Assembly: GCA_038243585.1 (NCBI GenBank)
Contig: JBBSQY010000004.1
Location: 50,171-114,170, forward strand
Length of the DNA: 64,000 nt
DNA from: Candidatus Sumerlaeales bacterium
Lineage (GTDB): Bacteria > Sumerlaeota > Sumerlaeia > Sumerlaeales > Sumerlaeaceae
Direction of reading: 5' to 3'
Part shown: positions 1 through 9,607 of the stretch, in pieces
Layout of the letters: the number at the start of each line of letters is the position of its first letter
Position numbering within the stretch: position 1 is the stretch's first letter
Notes under the pieces: generated by a model
The model's database searches: none
Told to the model about the DNA's origin: nothing
Seen by the model: the letters and a program-made list of their open reading frames with translations, nothing else
Made by a program: the position numbers and the translations under genes

Positions 1-454
1 ATATCCAAAGCTGGCCTCCAAGGCCCGGCAGGTCCATGCCTTCGTCAAACTTCGTCGTAAGAGGGTAGCCGGCGGCTATGGGCAGTGCTACTGCCAAGTT
101 CGCCAGAAACATAAGCAGGAGGTAGAGCAGGCCGGTGATCAGCTTCGCGTGTAGAAACTGAGACCGGCGTATGGGGTGCGGCAGGATCATGCGCAGGCTT
201 CCGCGGCTGGTTTCCGATGCGAGCAACGTGGCCGCAAACACAGTCGAGAAGATGGGTATGATCGCGGTCGAGGCCAGGTTCAGGTTGTAGCTCAGATAGA
301 CGCGCGAGCTAAGTTCACCGGGCGTGGCCATACGCTCAACCGTCTGTTTCGCCAGGACGGCGATAATCGCGCTGAACGCCAGCCCCATCCAGGGCAGCTT
401 CAGGCGGACGGCTTTCATAAGTTCCGCGGATATTAGTCGTGTGATGGCGCCCAT
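1..454 (-). CDS. ABC-2 type transporter permease (runs off the window start)
   Basis: Manual translation from ATG at 454: MGAITRLISAELMKAVRLKLPW...ASETSRGSLRMILPHPIRRSQFLHAKL. This fits the E-x-x-x-G-[ST]-L...P-x-x-R...L-x-A-K signature of ABC-2 permeases. Absent from the ORF track because it is truncated. Confidence 0.8.
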   Translation of the reverse strand, partial: MGAITRLISAELMKAVRLKLPWMGLAFSAIIAVLAKQTVERMATPGELSSRVYLSYNLNLASTAIIPIFSTVFAATLLASETSRGSLRMILPHPIRRSQFLHAKLITGLLYLLLMFLANLAVALPIAAGYPLTTKFDEGMDLPGLGGQLWI

Positions 455-598
455 GCTTATACTGGGAGAACCTCATGGTGTAGTGGCATCAATGTAAAGA
501 CTGAAATCAGAAGGCACGACAAAGAAACAAAAATCCGCTTCGACGGCAACAACAATTCGCAGCAATTAATGTTGATAGCATCTGGAGGGCTGATGTTC

Positions 599-1426
599 AT
601 GGATTCAGAAACAATGATCGACACACATTCACACATACATGGTCCACAATATGTGGAGGATTTTCCTGAGGTACTGGATCGGGCCCGACAGGCGGGCGTT
701 GAGCGGATTGTGCTTGTGGGGGTAAATCCGGATGATACGGATCGGGCGCTGCAAGTGGCCAGAGAGAATCCGGATGCCTTTTATGTCGTGGCAGGGCTTC
801 ATCCTCATGAGGCGAAAGCGTGGGATAATGGCGTCAGGGACAGGTTGCGGGACCAGATTGAGCAGAATCCCGGTCGCATTGTCGCCGTGGGGGAGATGGG
901 TCTCGATTATCATTATGACTTCGCACCGCGCGATGTGCAGAAGTCGGCCTTCATAGGGCAGATGGAGCTGGCGAGAGAGACAGGCCTGCCCATTGTCATT
1001 CATTGCCGAGAGGCGTATGACGATTGCATGGAAATGTTAAAGGAATTTTACGGCACTGAAGCTCCTGATCTGGCTCATCCTCGCGGAGTTCTTCATTGTT
1101 ACTTTGGCACCGTTGAGCAAGCGGCACAGGCTGTGGAACTGGGCTTTATGCTGGGTATCGGTGGATCCTGCACGTTTAAAAAAGCTGATGAGGTCCATCG
1201 GGTGATTGTGGAAATCGGGCTTGAAAATCTTGTGCTGGAGACAGACGCGCCCTATATGGCACCAGTTCCTTATCGCGGCAAACGCAATGAATCGTCCTAT
1301 TTGTCTCATGTAGTCGCCCGGATTGCTGAGCTTAAATCCGTGGACGAAAAAACTGTGCGCAAGATGACATCTGACAACGCTTTGCAACTGTATTTTAATC
1401 GTCCCCCAGCCAACCTTACTTTGTAG
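599..1426 (+). CDS. tatD: TatD family DNase / metal-dependent hydrolase
   Basis: DTHSH, GLHPH, VGEMGLDY, IHCRE, VLHCY and LETDAPY motifs. GGAGG at 584. Start could be 593, 599 or 614. Confidence 0.93.
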   Translation: MDSETMIDTHSHIHGPQYVEDFPEVLDRARQAGVERIVLVGVNPDDTDRALQVARENPDAFYVVAGLHPHEAKAWDNGVRDRLRDQIEQNPGRIVAVGEMGLDYHYDFAPRDVQKSAFIGQMELARETGLPIVIHCREAYDDCMEMLKEFYGTEAPDLAHPRGVLHCYFGTVEQAAQAVELGFMLGIGGSCTFKKADEVHRVIVEIGLENLVLETDAPYMAPVPYRGKRNESSYLSHVVARIAELKSVDEKTVRKMTSDNALQLYFNRPPANLTL

Positions 1427-1451
1427 TTCATCACCGGAAAGCATAATTAAC

Positions 1452-2198
1452 ATGGTTAAATTTGCAATAGTGGGCGTCCGCCGCAGCGGTACAAAACTGA
1501 TAGCCACCAACCTTGACAGCCATCCTGATATCAAGTGTATCAATGAGGCTTTTGTCGTTGGTGGTAGATTGTTTCGGCCCAGAGGGGTTGATTTTGCCCA
1601 TAATTACAGATCCTGGTATACGGCCTCTCTCACGAGGCGGGTAAAAGACCTGGTGATGCGACCTTCCTGTGTGGCGGAATATCTGGACGATTTGTACTCC
1701 CAGGACAAATTTCAGGCTATCGGTTTTAAGCTGATGGAAAAGGAACATCGTAAGTTTCCTACGGTGCTGGATTACCTTCGACGTAATAACGCTTCCATCA
1801 TCCAGGTAACTAGGAAAAATGAACTTAAGACGCTGGTTTCCAGGTCAGTTAAAAGGGTAAACAACGTGGCCCACACGACGCGCAGCGTCGAAAGGGTGCA
1901 GGTTACCCTTCAGGAAGAGAAGCTGATTTCGAGATTAACCAGCATTGCCCGGGCAAACGAAAGAATGGAAGAAGCTGTCGCAGGGATGCCTTATCTGCGA
2001 GTCTATTACGAAGATTTTATCGAACACAAAGACAGAGAAGTGGAGCGGATGCTTAACTTTTTGTCAGTTGATGCTTCGAGGCAGCTTCACTCCGACCTGA
2101 TCAAAGGGAACCCTGATTCTCTCCGAAACATCATTTCTAATTATGAAGCAGTTGCCGGGATACTAAAAGGTACCGAGTTTGAATGGTGCCTTGATTAG
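1452..2198 (+). CDS. Sulfotransferase (Stf0 / P-loop sulfotransferase family)
   Basis: PAPS-binding loop GVRRSGTK, then LDSHPDI, GFKLM and a C-terminal YEDF / NYE pattern. Confidence 0.78.
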   Translation: MVKFAIVGVRRSGTKLIATNLDSHPDIKCINEAFVVGGRLFRPRGVDFAHNYRSWYTASLTRRVKDLVMRPSCVAEYLDDLYSQDKFQAIGFKLMEKEHRKFPTVLDYLRRNNASIIQVTRKNELKTLVSRSVKRVNNVAHTTRSVERVQVTLQEEKLISRLTSIARANERMEEAVAGMPYLRVYYEDFIEHKDREVERMLNFLSVDASRQLHSDLIKGNPDSLRNIISNYEAVAGILKGTEFEWCLD

Positions 2199-2209
2199 CT
2201 GCTTACCTC

Positions 2210-3205
2210 TTACTGCGGGTATCGCGGCATCAGGTCTGCGCTGGTAAACAGTCCGGTTATTCCCTGCCGATTTAGCCAGAATCCGGCGTTCATATAGCCA
2301 AGGGCGGGGCCGTTTACGTTGGCGGCCATGCTGGTTTCGTCTCCGAGAGTGAAGGTGTGCGTGCTGCGCTTGCCTTCGAAGGTGAGACCTGTGACTTTTA
2401 CACTGGTGCTGACAGGTTTGTCGGGATTTCTAGTGTCAACGAGACCGCCTACTTTGACTTTGCTGCGGTGGAGGATACCCGCCTGCTCAAGCATGATGTC
2501 GTCGGCGTGTTCCATGTTGACCAGTTCGAGCAGGCCGTTCCGCGATTCCAGTTCCGCTTCGATTTCAACGTCGGACATGGCAGAAACTTTATTGACGTCG
2601 AAGCCGGCAAGATGTGCGATATCTTCGCGGATAGTGGCGCGATAGGCTTCCCAGTTGGCGATACCAACCCCAAACCAGATCGTAACGTCTTCAACCTCGA
2701 CAAAAGACTGAGCGGCCAGGCTGGCGGCGGCGGTGAGGAGGCCGGGAGTGGCGCCGCAACCAGTGATATAGGTGACGCCGGACGCAGCCAAGGCCTCGCG
2801 GCGCGCGAATACCATATCCATGGCGGAGGTGCGCTTTAAGGCATCGACTACCACGCCTTTGTAGCCGCTGGCAATAATGCGGTCGATGGTCTCAGGGATG
2901 AATTCATTAGGAAGATTTGGCAATGCGAGGAAGATGCCGTCGATTTCGCCTTTGCCGGCATGGGCCAGCACCTGATCAAGGGGATTGTTTGCACGCAGCC
3001 CGACGTTTTTTACGTCGCCGACGGTGTGGCCGGGGGGCAGGTGATCAAAGAGTTCGGACGAAGACAAACCGTCGGCGCTGTAGGCGAAACCTTCGGTATC
3101 ACACATAGCGACCAAGGTTAACGATTTTTTGAAATCCAAAAGCCGGGCCATATTGCGTCCCAAACCGCCGGCGCCCAAAACTGCTACTCGTTTAACATCG
3201 CTCAT
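2210..3205 (-). CDS. bioU: BioU, NAD(P)H-dependent suicide 7,8-diaminononanoate-forming enzyme (BioA replacement)
   Basis: 331 aa from ATG 3205. Rossmann GAGGLG, plus FLALPNLPN, DALK(124)RTSA, TGCGATPGLLTAAA, GVGIANWEAYRATIREDIAH, MEHADD and HTFTLGDETSMAANV, which match my recollection of cyanobacterial BioU. The ORF-track 5' extension to 3544 overlaps the divergent gene and is spurious. Confidence 0.88.
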   Translation of the reverse strand: MSDVKRVAVLGAGGLGRNMARLLDFKKSLTLVAMCDTEGFAYSADGLSSSELFDHLPPGHTVGDVKNVGLRANNPLDQVLAHAGKGEIDGIFLALPNLPNEFIPETIDRIIASGYKGVVVDALKRTSAMDMVFARREALAASGVTYITGCGATPGLLTAAASLAAQSFVEVEDVTIWFGVGIANWEAYRATIREDIAHLAGFDVNKVSAMSDVEIEAELESRNGLLELVNMEHADDIMLEQAGILHRSKVKVGGLVDTRNPDKPVSTSVKVTGLTFEGKRSTHTFTLGDETSMAANVNGPALGYMNAGFWLNRQGITGLFTSADLMPRYPQ

Positions 3206-3440
3206 GTGAGAGTTTCTCCTGATTATTTCTAAGATAAAAAGGCGGTTGCTCCGCGAGTCATTGCAAGGGAAAATTGCGTTGAAAAATTGGATGGGGCTTA
3301 GTCGTCGTCTTTTTCGGCATGAACTATAGTTCGTCTCTCGATTGTAATAGGCAGGCGGCATTGAGAAGCTTGACTTGCCTGTTATTGTGGGTTTTGCCTT
3401 TTCTATTAGCTGATCTTCGTATAAGTGAAAGGATTGCGCC

Positions 3441-4448
3441 ATGGACGACAGCAAAGATAACGGAGTCTCCAGACGGGACTTTATGAAACGAGCGGCCGCG
3501 GGGGCTGCTGCAATCGGCCTGGCAGGTATGATTCCTTCAGGCATTCAGGCGGCCGAGGGCCTTACTTCTGGCACGGCTGCGACGGCCGGTGCGGGCGGCT
3601 CCTTAATCCCACTGCGGACCCTGGGAAACACGGGGGCAAGAATTTCCATGCTTGGTTTTGGCGGAGGTTCGCGATTCCTGATTGCGTCTGAGGAGCAAGG
3701 GGCGGCAATGTTAGAACGGGCCGTGGAACTTGGGATTACCTATTTTGATACGGCATCATCTTATGGCAAGGATCGCGCATCCGAGAAGAGGTATGGAGAA
3801 GTACTTCCGAAATACCGGGATAAAATCTTCCTGACGACAAAAACGGCTGACCGTACCTATGATGGCATGATGAAATCCGTGGAAGAAAGCCTGGCGCATC
3901 TTAAGACAGACCATCTTGATCTGATGCAGATGCATGACGTTGGGCCGAAGGATGACCCGGCGGCGTGGGAGAAACCGGACGGTGCACTGACTGCCCTGCG
4001 CAAATTACGTGACCAGAAGGTAATCAGATTTATTGGCTTTACGGGGCACCAGAAGGCGGAGGTGCATCGGAACATTATCGAGAAACTGGATTACGACACG
4101 GTATTAATGGCGTTGAATGCGGCGGACCATAAGTCATTTCGAGAAGTAGCACTACCGGCGGCAGAAAAGAAGAACATGGGTATCATCGCCATGAAGGTAA
4201 CCCGCGGCCTAGTTGGCGAAGGTGAGGGAAAAAGCACACCAGCCGAACTTCTTTCATGGGCTTTTTCGTTGCCGATCTCCACAGTAATCGTGGGAATGGA
4301 AACGCTGGAGCAAATTGATCAGAATGTGCAACAGGCGAGGGTTTGGGCACCGGGCAAGACCGACGTGGCGGCGTTGACACGGCGTATTACGCCTCACGCT
4401 AGTTTTGAACAGGTGAGCTGGGCTATGCCGGATTATCGGGACGCCTGA
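3441..4448 (+). CDS. Aldo/keto reductase with a twin-arginine (Tat) signal peptide
   Basis: SRRDFMK Tat motif; LGFGG, FDTASSYG, TKT, DLMQMH, IGFTGH and IAMK motifs. Confidence 0.88.
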   Translation: MDDSKDNGVSRRDFMKRAAAGAAAIGLAGMIPSGIQAAEGLTSGTAATAGAGGSLIPLRTLGNTGARISMLGFGGGSRFLIASEEQGAAMLERAVELGITYFDTASSYGKDRASEKRYGEVLPKYRDKIFLTTKTADRTYDGMMKSVEESLAHLKTDHLDLMQMHDVGPKDDPAAWEKPDGALTALRKLRDQKVIRFIGFTGHQKAEVHRNIIEKLDYDTVLMALNAADHKSFREVALPAAEKKNMGIIAMKVTRGLVGEGEGKSTPAELLSWAFSLPISTVIVGMETLEQIDQNVQQARVWAPGKTDVAALTRRITPHASFEQVSWAMPDYRDA

Positions 4449-4498
4449 GCAGAGCGCATCCGCAGTACCTGACTGAATTAACTGGATTTTTCAAGCAA

Positions 4499-4957
4499 TT
4501 AATTTGGTAAGAACGTGGGCTTTTTCACCAGTACGGCAGCTCCGGGTTCGGCCATGCCCTCCTCCAGAAACCGCAGAGTACAGGCGGGGTGGAGGGGGGA
4601 GGTCGGATCAGGGGCTTTTGTTATAATTAGAATGGCGTCGCCAATTTTCACTGTAGAGTGAACGGTGAGATTACCCGGGTCGATGCCGCGAATGACAATT
4701 TGTTCGCCCAGACAACCCGGCGTAACCGGGCGCTTGAGCCGAGCGGTGATGAGAGGGTAATGCTCTTCCAGCAGAAGTGTAACGGTCCCCGTCGGGTGGA
4801 GGTGGAATAGGGCGGGTTCCAGCCAGACCAGTTCACAGAGACGGGAACGAATGGGTGGGAGATGATCTGCGACAGCCGCCGCAGGAAAAGTGCCGCGGCC
4901 TGGAAAGATGTCGGAAAGAAATCCACTGGTTTCGTCCGAAGTCGCTGATGCCGGCAT
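4499..4957 (-). CDS. Hypothetical protein with a weak MOSC-like beta-barrel signature
   Basis: LGEQIVIRGID...VKIGDAILIIT resembles the MOSC GEN...IG.A.L.VT pattern. Lies downstream of the DUF507 pair in the same orientation. Confidence 0.45.
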   Translation of the reverse strand: MPASATSDETSGFLSDIFPGRGTFPAAAVADHLPPIRSRLCELVWLEPALFHLHPTGTVTLLLEEHYPLITARLKRPVTPGCLGEQIVIRGIDPGNLTVHSTVKIGDAILIITKAPDPTSPLHPACTLRFLEEGMAEPGAAVLVKKPTFLPN

Positions 4958-4977
4958 GGGTAAGGGCGCCTGTAAGC

Positions 4978-5259
4978 CTAGTATATATAGTTACGCCGGC
5001 GGGCGATTTCTTCTTTTTTCTGGGCGAATATGGCTTGCCACTCGGCGCTGCCCTGGGGAATTTTCCGCTGCATTTTATCGATCATTTCAACGACTTCGCG
5101 GTCGATGGTCTCTTCAATGCGTAGGTCTTCGTCGATAACACGGGCGATTTCGGATTCAAGGACGATGGAGCTGCCCTTAAAGTCGATTAGTTTTTTCGTG
5201 GTAAGTTCTTCGGCTATCTGGCCGGCGATGAACTGGATTCTGTCTTCGGAAAGGCGCAT
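4978..5259 (-). CDS. DUF507 family protein
   Basis: 93 aa; MRLSEDRIQFIA...EDLRIEETIDREV...KKEEIARRR. Confidence 0.75.
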   Translation of the reverse strand: MRLSEDRIQFIAGQIAEELTTKKLIDFKGSSIVLESEIARVIDEDLRIEETIDREVVEMIDKMQRKIPQGSAEWQAIFAQKKEEIARRRNYIY

Positions 5260-5308
5260 GAGGCGGGGGTCCTGTGGGATGAATGTTTTTTTAGCTGGTG
5301 GCTGACAG

Positions 5309-5590
5309 TTACAGGGTGATTTTTCTTTGTCGCGCGAGTTCTTTTTTGGTGCGGTCGAGCAGGGTATTGTAGCTCATGTTCTGGCGGTCGATATTCATTT
5401 TGTGCTGGCTGAGGATCTGTTCCGCTTCTTTTTCGAGGTCGTCTTCCCGTTTAAGATCTTCCTGGATCAGGCGGCGTACGGTGCCTTCAATTTGATCTAT
5501 CGGGGCGATAATTTCAGCGCGTTTGTGGGCCTTTAGGGATGCTGCCACCTTGCGGGCCAGGGATTCTATTTTTTCCGGTTTTAATCTCAT
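5309..5590 (-). CDS. DUF507 family protein (paralog)
   Basis: 93 aa; MRLKPEKIESLA...EDLKREDDLEKEA...KKELARQRK. Confidence 0.75.
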   Translation of the reverse strand: MRLKPEKIESLARKVAASLKAHKRAEIIAPIDQIEGTVRRLIQEDLKREDDLEKEAEQILSQHKMNIDRQNMSYNTLLDRTKKELARQRKITL

Positions 5591-5605
5591 GGGGGTGTCC
5601 TGGGT

Positions 5606-6352
5606 TTATTGGTATTGTTCGATGAGTTCGTCGCTGATGTCGTAGTTTGCGCTGACGATGCCGACGTCGTCGTGTTCTTCAAGGGTATTCAACAGCTTGA
5701 GAACGCCTTCGGCGTCTTTCCCTTCGACGGCTTTTGTCATGGTGGGAATGCTGCTGATTTCAGAGCTTTCAATTTTAAAGCCAGCCTGTTCAATGGCTTC
5801 CCGGACATCGTTAAGAGCGGTGGGGGATGTGGTGATTGTGAAGCCGTCCTCTTCGGATTTGAAATCGTCGGCACCAGATTCGAGAGCGATTTCCATGAGC
5901 TGGTCTTCGTCTGCCCCTTCGCGGGCAATGAGGATGATGCCATGTTTTTCAAAGAGATAAGAGACGCTGCCGACGGCTCCGAGATTTCCGTGGCCCTTGC
6001 TGAAGATATGGCGGATTTCTGCGGCGGTGCGGTTTTTGTTGTCGCTGGTGCATTCGACCATGATGGCGACGCCGCCGGGGCCATAACCTTCGTAGACCAT
6101 CTCTTCGTAGGTAGCGCCTTCAAGTTCGCCAGCGCCTTTTTTTACAGCGTTTTCGATATTTTTCAGGGGCATGTTGACGTCTTTTGCGCCGGCTATCGCG
6201 GTGCGCAGACGGGGGTTTGCGCTGGGATCGCTGCCGCCCATACGGGACGCGATGGTGAGTTCGCGGATGATACGGGTGAAGGTCTTGCCGCGTTTAGCGT
6301 CAACGATTGCTTTTTTGTGTTTGATTGAGGCCCATTTGGAATGACCGGACAT
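5606..6352 (-). CDS. yebC: YebC/PmpR family protein
   Basis: MSGHSKWASIKHKK, YEGYGPGG and DNKNRT. Confidence 0.96.
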   Translation of the reverse strand: MSGHSKWASIKHKKAIVDAKRGKTFTRIIRELTIASRMGGSDPSANPRLRTAIAGAKDVNMPLKNIENAVKKGAGELEGATYEEMVYEGYGPGGVAIMVECTSDNKNRTAAEIRHIFSKGHGNLGAVGSVSYLFEKHGIILIAREGADEDQLMEIALESGADDFKSEEDGFTITTSPTALNDVREAIEQAGFKIESSEISSIPTMTKAVEGKDAEGVLKLLNTLEEHDDVGIVSANYDISDELIEQYQ

Positions 6353-6548
6353 CGTGTTATTTCCTGTTCATTAAAATGGTGGGAGCTGATCGAACGAGTC
6401 CGTTGATGTTACCACTAACCAGAAAATCATTTTGAGGTTGTGTCAAATTGAAATTGAACGGGAAATAAGGGGTCTCCCGACTTCGCCGAATTATCGTGCG
6501 CAGGAGTGGAGTCTCTGGGCCTAATGAACTCTATAAAATGAGACTTCG

Positions 6549-6893
6549 TTAGAAGGCCAGGCGGATCATCTTTTTCAGTTCGGTGGCCATCTGGGTGGGG
6601 TTTGTGGTGTTGAATAGCTGCGTTAGCGCGAACCAGATGACCGCGCCGAGGATTGCGCTGATGATGAGAGTGCGGAGGCATCCGAGCAGGGAAAAGCGTG
6701 TGCGCCGGCGGACCGGGGTATCAGATATAGCGGACTGAAACTCCTGAAAGGCAGCGGCACATTCGGATCCGCAGAAGCGTCCGCCGCTGGCAATGGCACA
6801 GTTATCACAGATGGGCTTGCCACAGCGGCGACAGCCGTATAAGGCCCGGCGGATGGGGTGATTGGCGCACATGCCACGGCCGGGGCTAGCCAT
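6549..6893 (-). CDS. B-box-type zinc finger protein with a C-terminal membrane helix
   Basis: CANHP...CRRCGKPICDNC...FCGSEC followed by a hydrophobic helix. ATG at 6893 (or 6872) overlaps the end of the glycosyltransferase. Confidence 0.7.
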   Translation of the reverse strand: MASPGRGMCANHPIRRALYGCRRCGKPICDNCAIASGGRFCGSECAAAFQEFQSAISDTPVRRRTRFSLLGCLRTLIISAILGAVIWFALTQLFNTTNPTQMATELKKMIRLAF

Positions 6894-8220
6894 GAGGGCT
6901 GCCAGTGCGGAGAATGGCAGCGAGTTCCGCGGTCTGGCGCTGACGCGTGTAAGTCTGGATGAGAGCTTCATTTCGGCGGAGCTGGAGACGGCCCAGAAAT
7001 AGCTCGAACAGGGTTTCCTTGATACGAAACACGTTGTCCGGGTGGATGACGACGCCGGCGCCGGTATTGCGGACAAGATCGGCCAGGGCTCCGGGAGGGG
7101 CGATGGCCAGGATGGGTTTTCCGGTAGCGAGATATTCGAAAATCTTCTGGGTGAGCATGATGTGGCCGTTAGGTTTTTCGCCTTCCAGCACAAGAAGGAC
7201 GTCGGCGCTTTTCTGAAGGGCGAGAGCTTCTTTCCAGGTACCCATGCCCCAGTTGGAAACGATCGGGTAAAGATCGAGGTCGCGGATCATCTCGGTGTGT
7301 TCCGGTTTAAAATTGCTGCGGAAAATGATTTCGATATTGTCCTGAAGCCCTGGGTAGCAATCCAGAAGACCGCGGATTGCAGCGAAAAAGCTGTCGGGGG
7401 AGCGCTGCATAAACATGGTTCCGGTGTAGGCCATGCGGAATTTTTCAGTGGGCAGGTCAGGAATGTCGCTCAGGTCCGTCGGATCGAAGCCGTTGGGAAG
7501 GGTGGTGACGTTGGGGCGCCCGGAGAGCGCGGAGAAGTAGTCGGCGATGGGGGCGCTAACGGCGGTGATGGTGTCGGCGTGGAGCGCAACCTGGCGCTCG
7601 AGGTGAGCGTTAAGACGGCGATGGGCCGGTGTGATATAGTCAGCGAAATAGGGGTTCTGGGTCCAGCCATCCCGGAAGTCGGCGTGCCAGTGGATGTTGT
7701 AACGGCGCTTGAGATAAAGGCCGATAAGGTGGGTTGAGTTCGGGTACGATGAAGTGAAGACGTAACGAACGGCCTGGCTGCGGATGATCTGTTCTGCGGC
7801 GGGGATAGCAGTAGCCAGCCACGGAAAGCGGTCATCGGGCAGGGCGAGGATGCGGCGGGCCGTGGTCGCGGCGCTGCCGAGCATGCGCATGCGAGTAGAC
7901 TGAACGGTGCGGGGCGATGCTGGTTTGTCTGCAGCGGCCAGATCCAATTTGCTGCGCAGGCTGCGCATGGGGGCGAGGAGGGGATGGGCGGCAGCCTGAA
8001 GCTGATCAAGGTCGGGGCTATGGGTGCGCCAGATGCGGCAGTTTTGCGAATCAATTTCGTTTAGGGCGTCGTAATCTAGGGTGCTGTGTCCGGCGGGGGA
8101 GGCAGCGAGGATCAGAGGGGTGAAGCCGGATTCGGGCAAATAACGGGCAAATTTTATAATACGCCGCACTCCGGCAAGAGTCGGCGGGAAATCATGATTG
8201 ATGAGTAGAATGCGGTCCAT
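6886..8220 (-). CDS. GT4 family glycosyltransferase
   Basis: FPP..AGV.R..KF..YL, ADFRDGW, PNGFD, YTGT and KIFEYLATGKPIL. Confidence 0.9.
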   Translation of the reverse strand: MDRILLINHDFPPTLAGVRRIIKFARYLPESGFTPLILAASPAGHSTLDYDALNEIDSQNCRIWRTHSPDLDQLQAAAHPLLAPMRSLRSKLDLAAADKPASPRTVQSTRMRMLGSAATTARRILALPDDRFPWLATAIPAAEQIIRSQAVRYVFTSSYPNSTHLIGLYLKRRYNIHWHADFRDGWTQNPYFADYITPAHRRLNAHLERQVALHADTITAVSAPIADYFSALSGRPNVTTLPNGFDPTDLSDIPDLPTEKFRMAYTGTMFMQRSPDSFFAAIRGLLDCYPGLQDNIEIIFRSNFKPEHTEMIRDLDLYPIVSNWGMGTWKEALALQKSADVLLVLEGEKPNGHIMLTQKIFEYLATGKPILAIAPPGALADLVRNTGAGVVIHPDNVFRIKETLFELFLGRLQLRRNEALIQTYTRQRQTAELAAILRTGSPHG

Positions 8221-8319
8221 TAAAAGTGTTTTGATGCAGGCGCAGAAGTTAAAGTTAGAAAATCAGGCGAAACGCCCATTCTGTTTTGTCGTCGGACAAC
8301 CGGAGCGGATGGTTGCATT

Positions 8320-9458
8320 TTATCGTTCGCCGAAGAGCATGGTGAAATCTTGTTCCGTCATAATCGGATGGCTGGCCAATTCCAGGTTTTGCTTTACGTG
8401 GGCCGGAGTGCTCATGCCTACAAGGGCGCTTGCGACTTCGGGTATACTGCGGGCAAATTGAATGGCCCGGGCAGCATCGTCAGGAAACCCTGTGATGGCC
8501 TGACGCAGAGTAGCCGGAAGGTTTTTTGCCAGCCCTTTCTGTAAAAGTGACGCGCTGCCGACTACAGAAATATTTAAGGCGCGGGCGGCTTCCAGAAAAG
8601 TCATTTGGCGTCTCCGACTTTCTGATTGGAGACTGTTAGGGCGTCGGTCATTACAAGGTTAATGGGCATCTCCACTACGCGAAAACAGTGGTTTTCGCCC
8701 CCGGCCCGTCGGGCTACTTCAACCAGACGTTCCAACTGCATAAGCTGACCCGTGCCCTGAGCATCAAGAAATCCATCCCAGGTGGCAACGCCATAAACGC
8801 TGGTCTTATCTTCCTGAACCGCGTTCTCCAGCGCACGAAAAGCCATTTCTACCGCATCATAAAATCGCGGCTCGTTCATGTCACCCATCTGGGTTTCCGG
8901 GTTATGAAGGTAGTAAATGTCGACTTTTTCAACATTTAGGTTTTTCAGGCTTTGATTCAGCTGATGATACAGATACATCGGCGCCATGCAGTGACCGCTG
9001 GAATGGATTTCATCCGGGGTGATTACCCCTTTTACCAGCAAGTTGTCTTCTATCCACTCATACGGGTCAGTGGGATAGGTCGAGTCGAACGGGATAAATC
9101 CGCCTTTTGTACATAGGATAACCTCATCGCGAGGAAACCCCTGAGCGATCAATTTCCCAAGCGCGGTTCCGATCGCGCGTTCGCTTCTTTGATATCGATA
9201 ATTGATGGCAGTATCGATAACGTTGCACCCCAGGGATACAGCGTCAATCACGCACTGGGTATAGCGCGCATCGGTTTCGTCGGTCGGTTCGCCAAGGTAG
9301 GTCCCAATCCCGATAGACGAAAACACCAGGTCCATAGCAAGGCGGAAGTGTCCCGGGTGGAGCTCTGCGTGCTTCTCTGCATAACGCTCTGTACCTTGTA
9401 GGGTAGCGCATCCGGGAACCGGAGAAGACTGGGCGGGTAAATTCGTATGAGTTGACAT
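8320..9458 (-). pseudogene. Aldo/keto reductase split by a 1-nt frameshift at about 8604
   Basis: ORF 8601..9458 (GIGTYLG, IDTAINYR, CTKGG, YYLHNPE) and ORF 8320..8604 (SLLQ, QFARS.P...ALVGMS...HV..N) are the two halves of one AKR. One extra A in GCCAAATG would give ...GDAK-MTFLEAA. Confidence 0.75.
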
Positions 9459-9498
9459 TTATAGAGCTACTTTTAGTTCGGTCAGTGAGGGCTACGCA

Positions 9499-9536
9499 AT
9501 AAAAAATCGCCCGCCTTATTGCTTAAGGCGGGCGAT
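9499..9536 (-). terminator. Rho-independent terminator downstream of rplY
   Basis: Stem ATCGCCCGCCTTA / TAAGGCGGGCGAT with an A-run on its left, which is a U-tract on the minus strand. Confidence 0.75.
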
Positions 9537-9607
9537 GTCGTTGGAATGATGTTCCTGGAATGTTAATCAACCCGGTTACAAATAAAAAACCGGGCGATTG
9601 GCCTGAT

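Noticed and set aside
3206..3544. N-terminal extension of the 444-aa ORF, and similar extensions of rplY, carB and the B-box ORF
   Set aside because: They overlap other genes or leaders; family homology begins at downstream starts.
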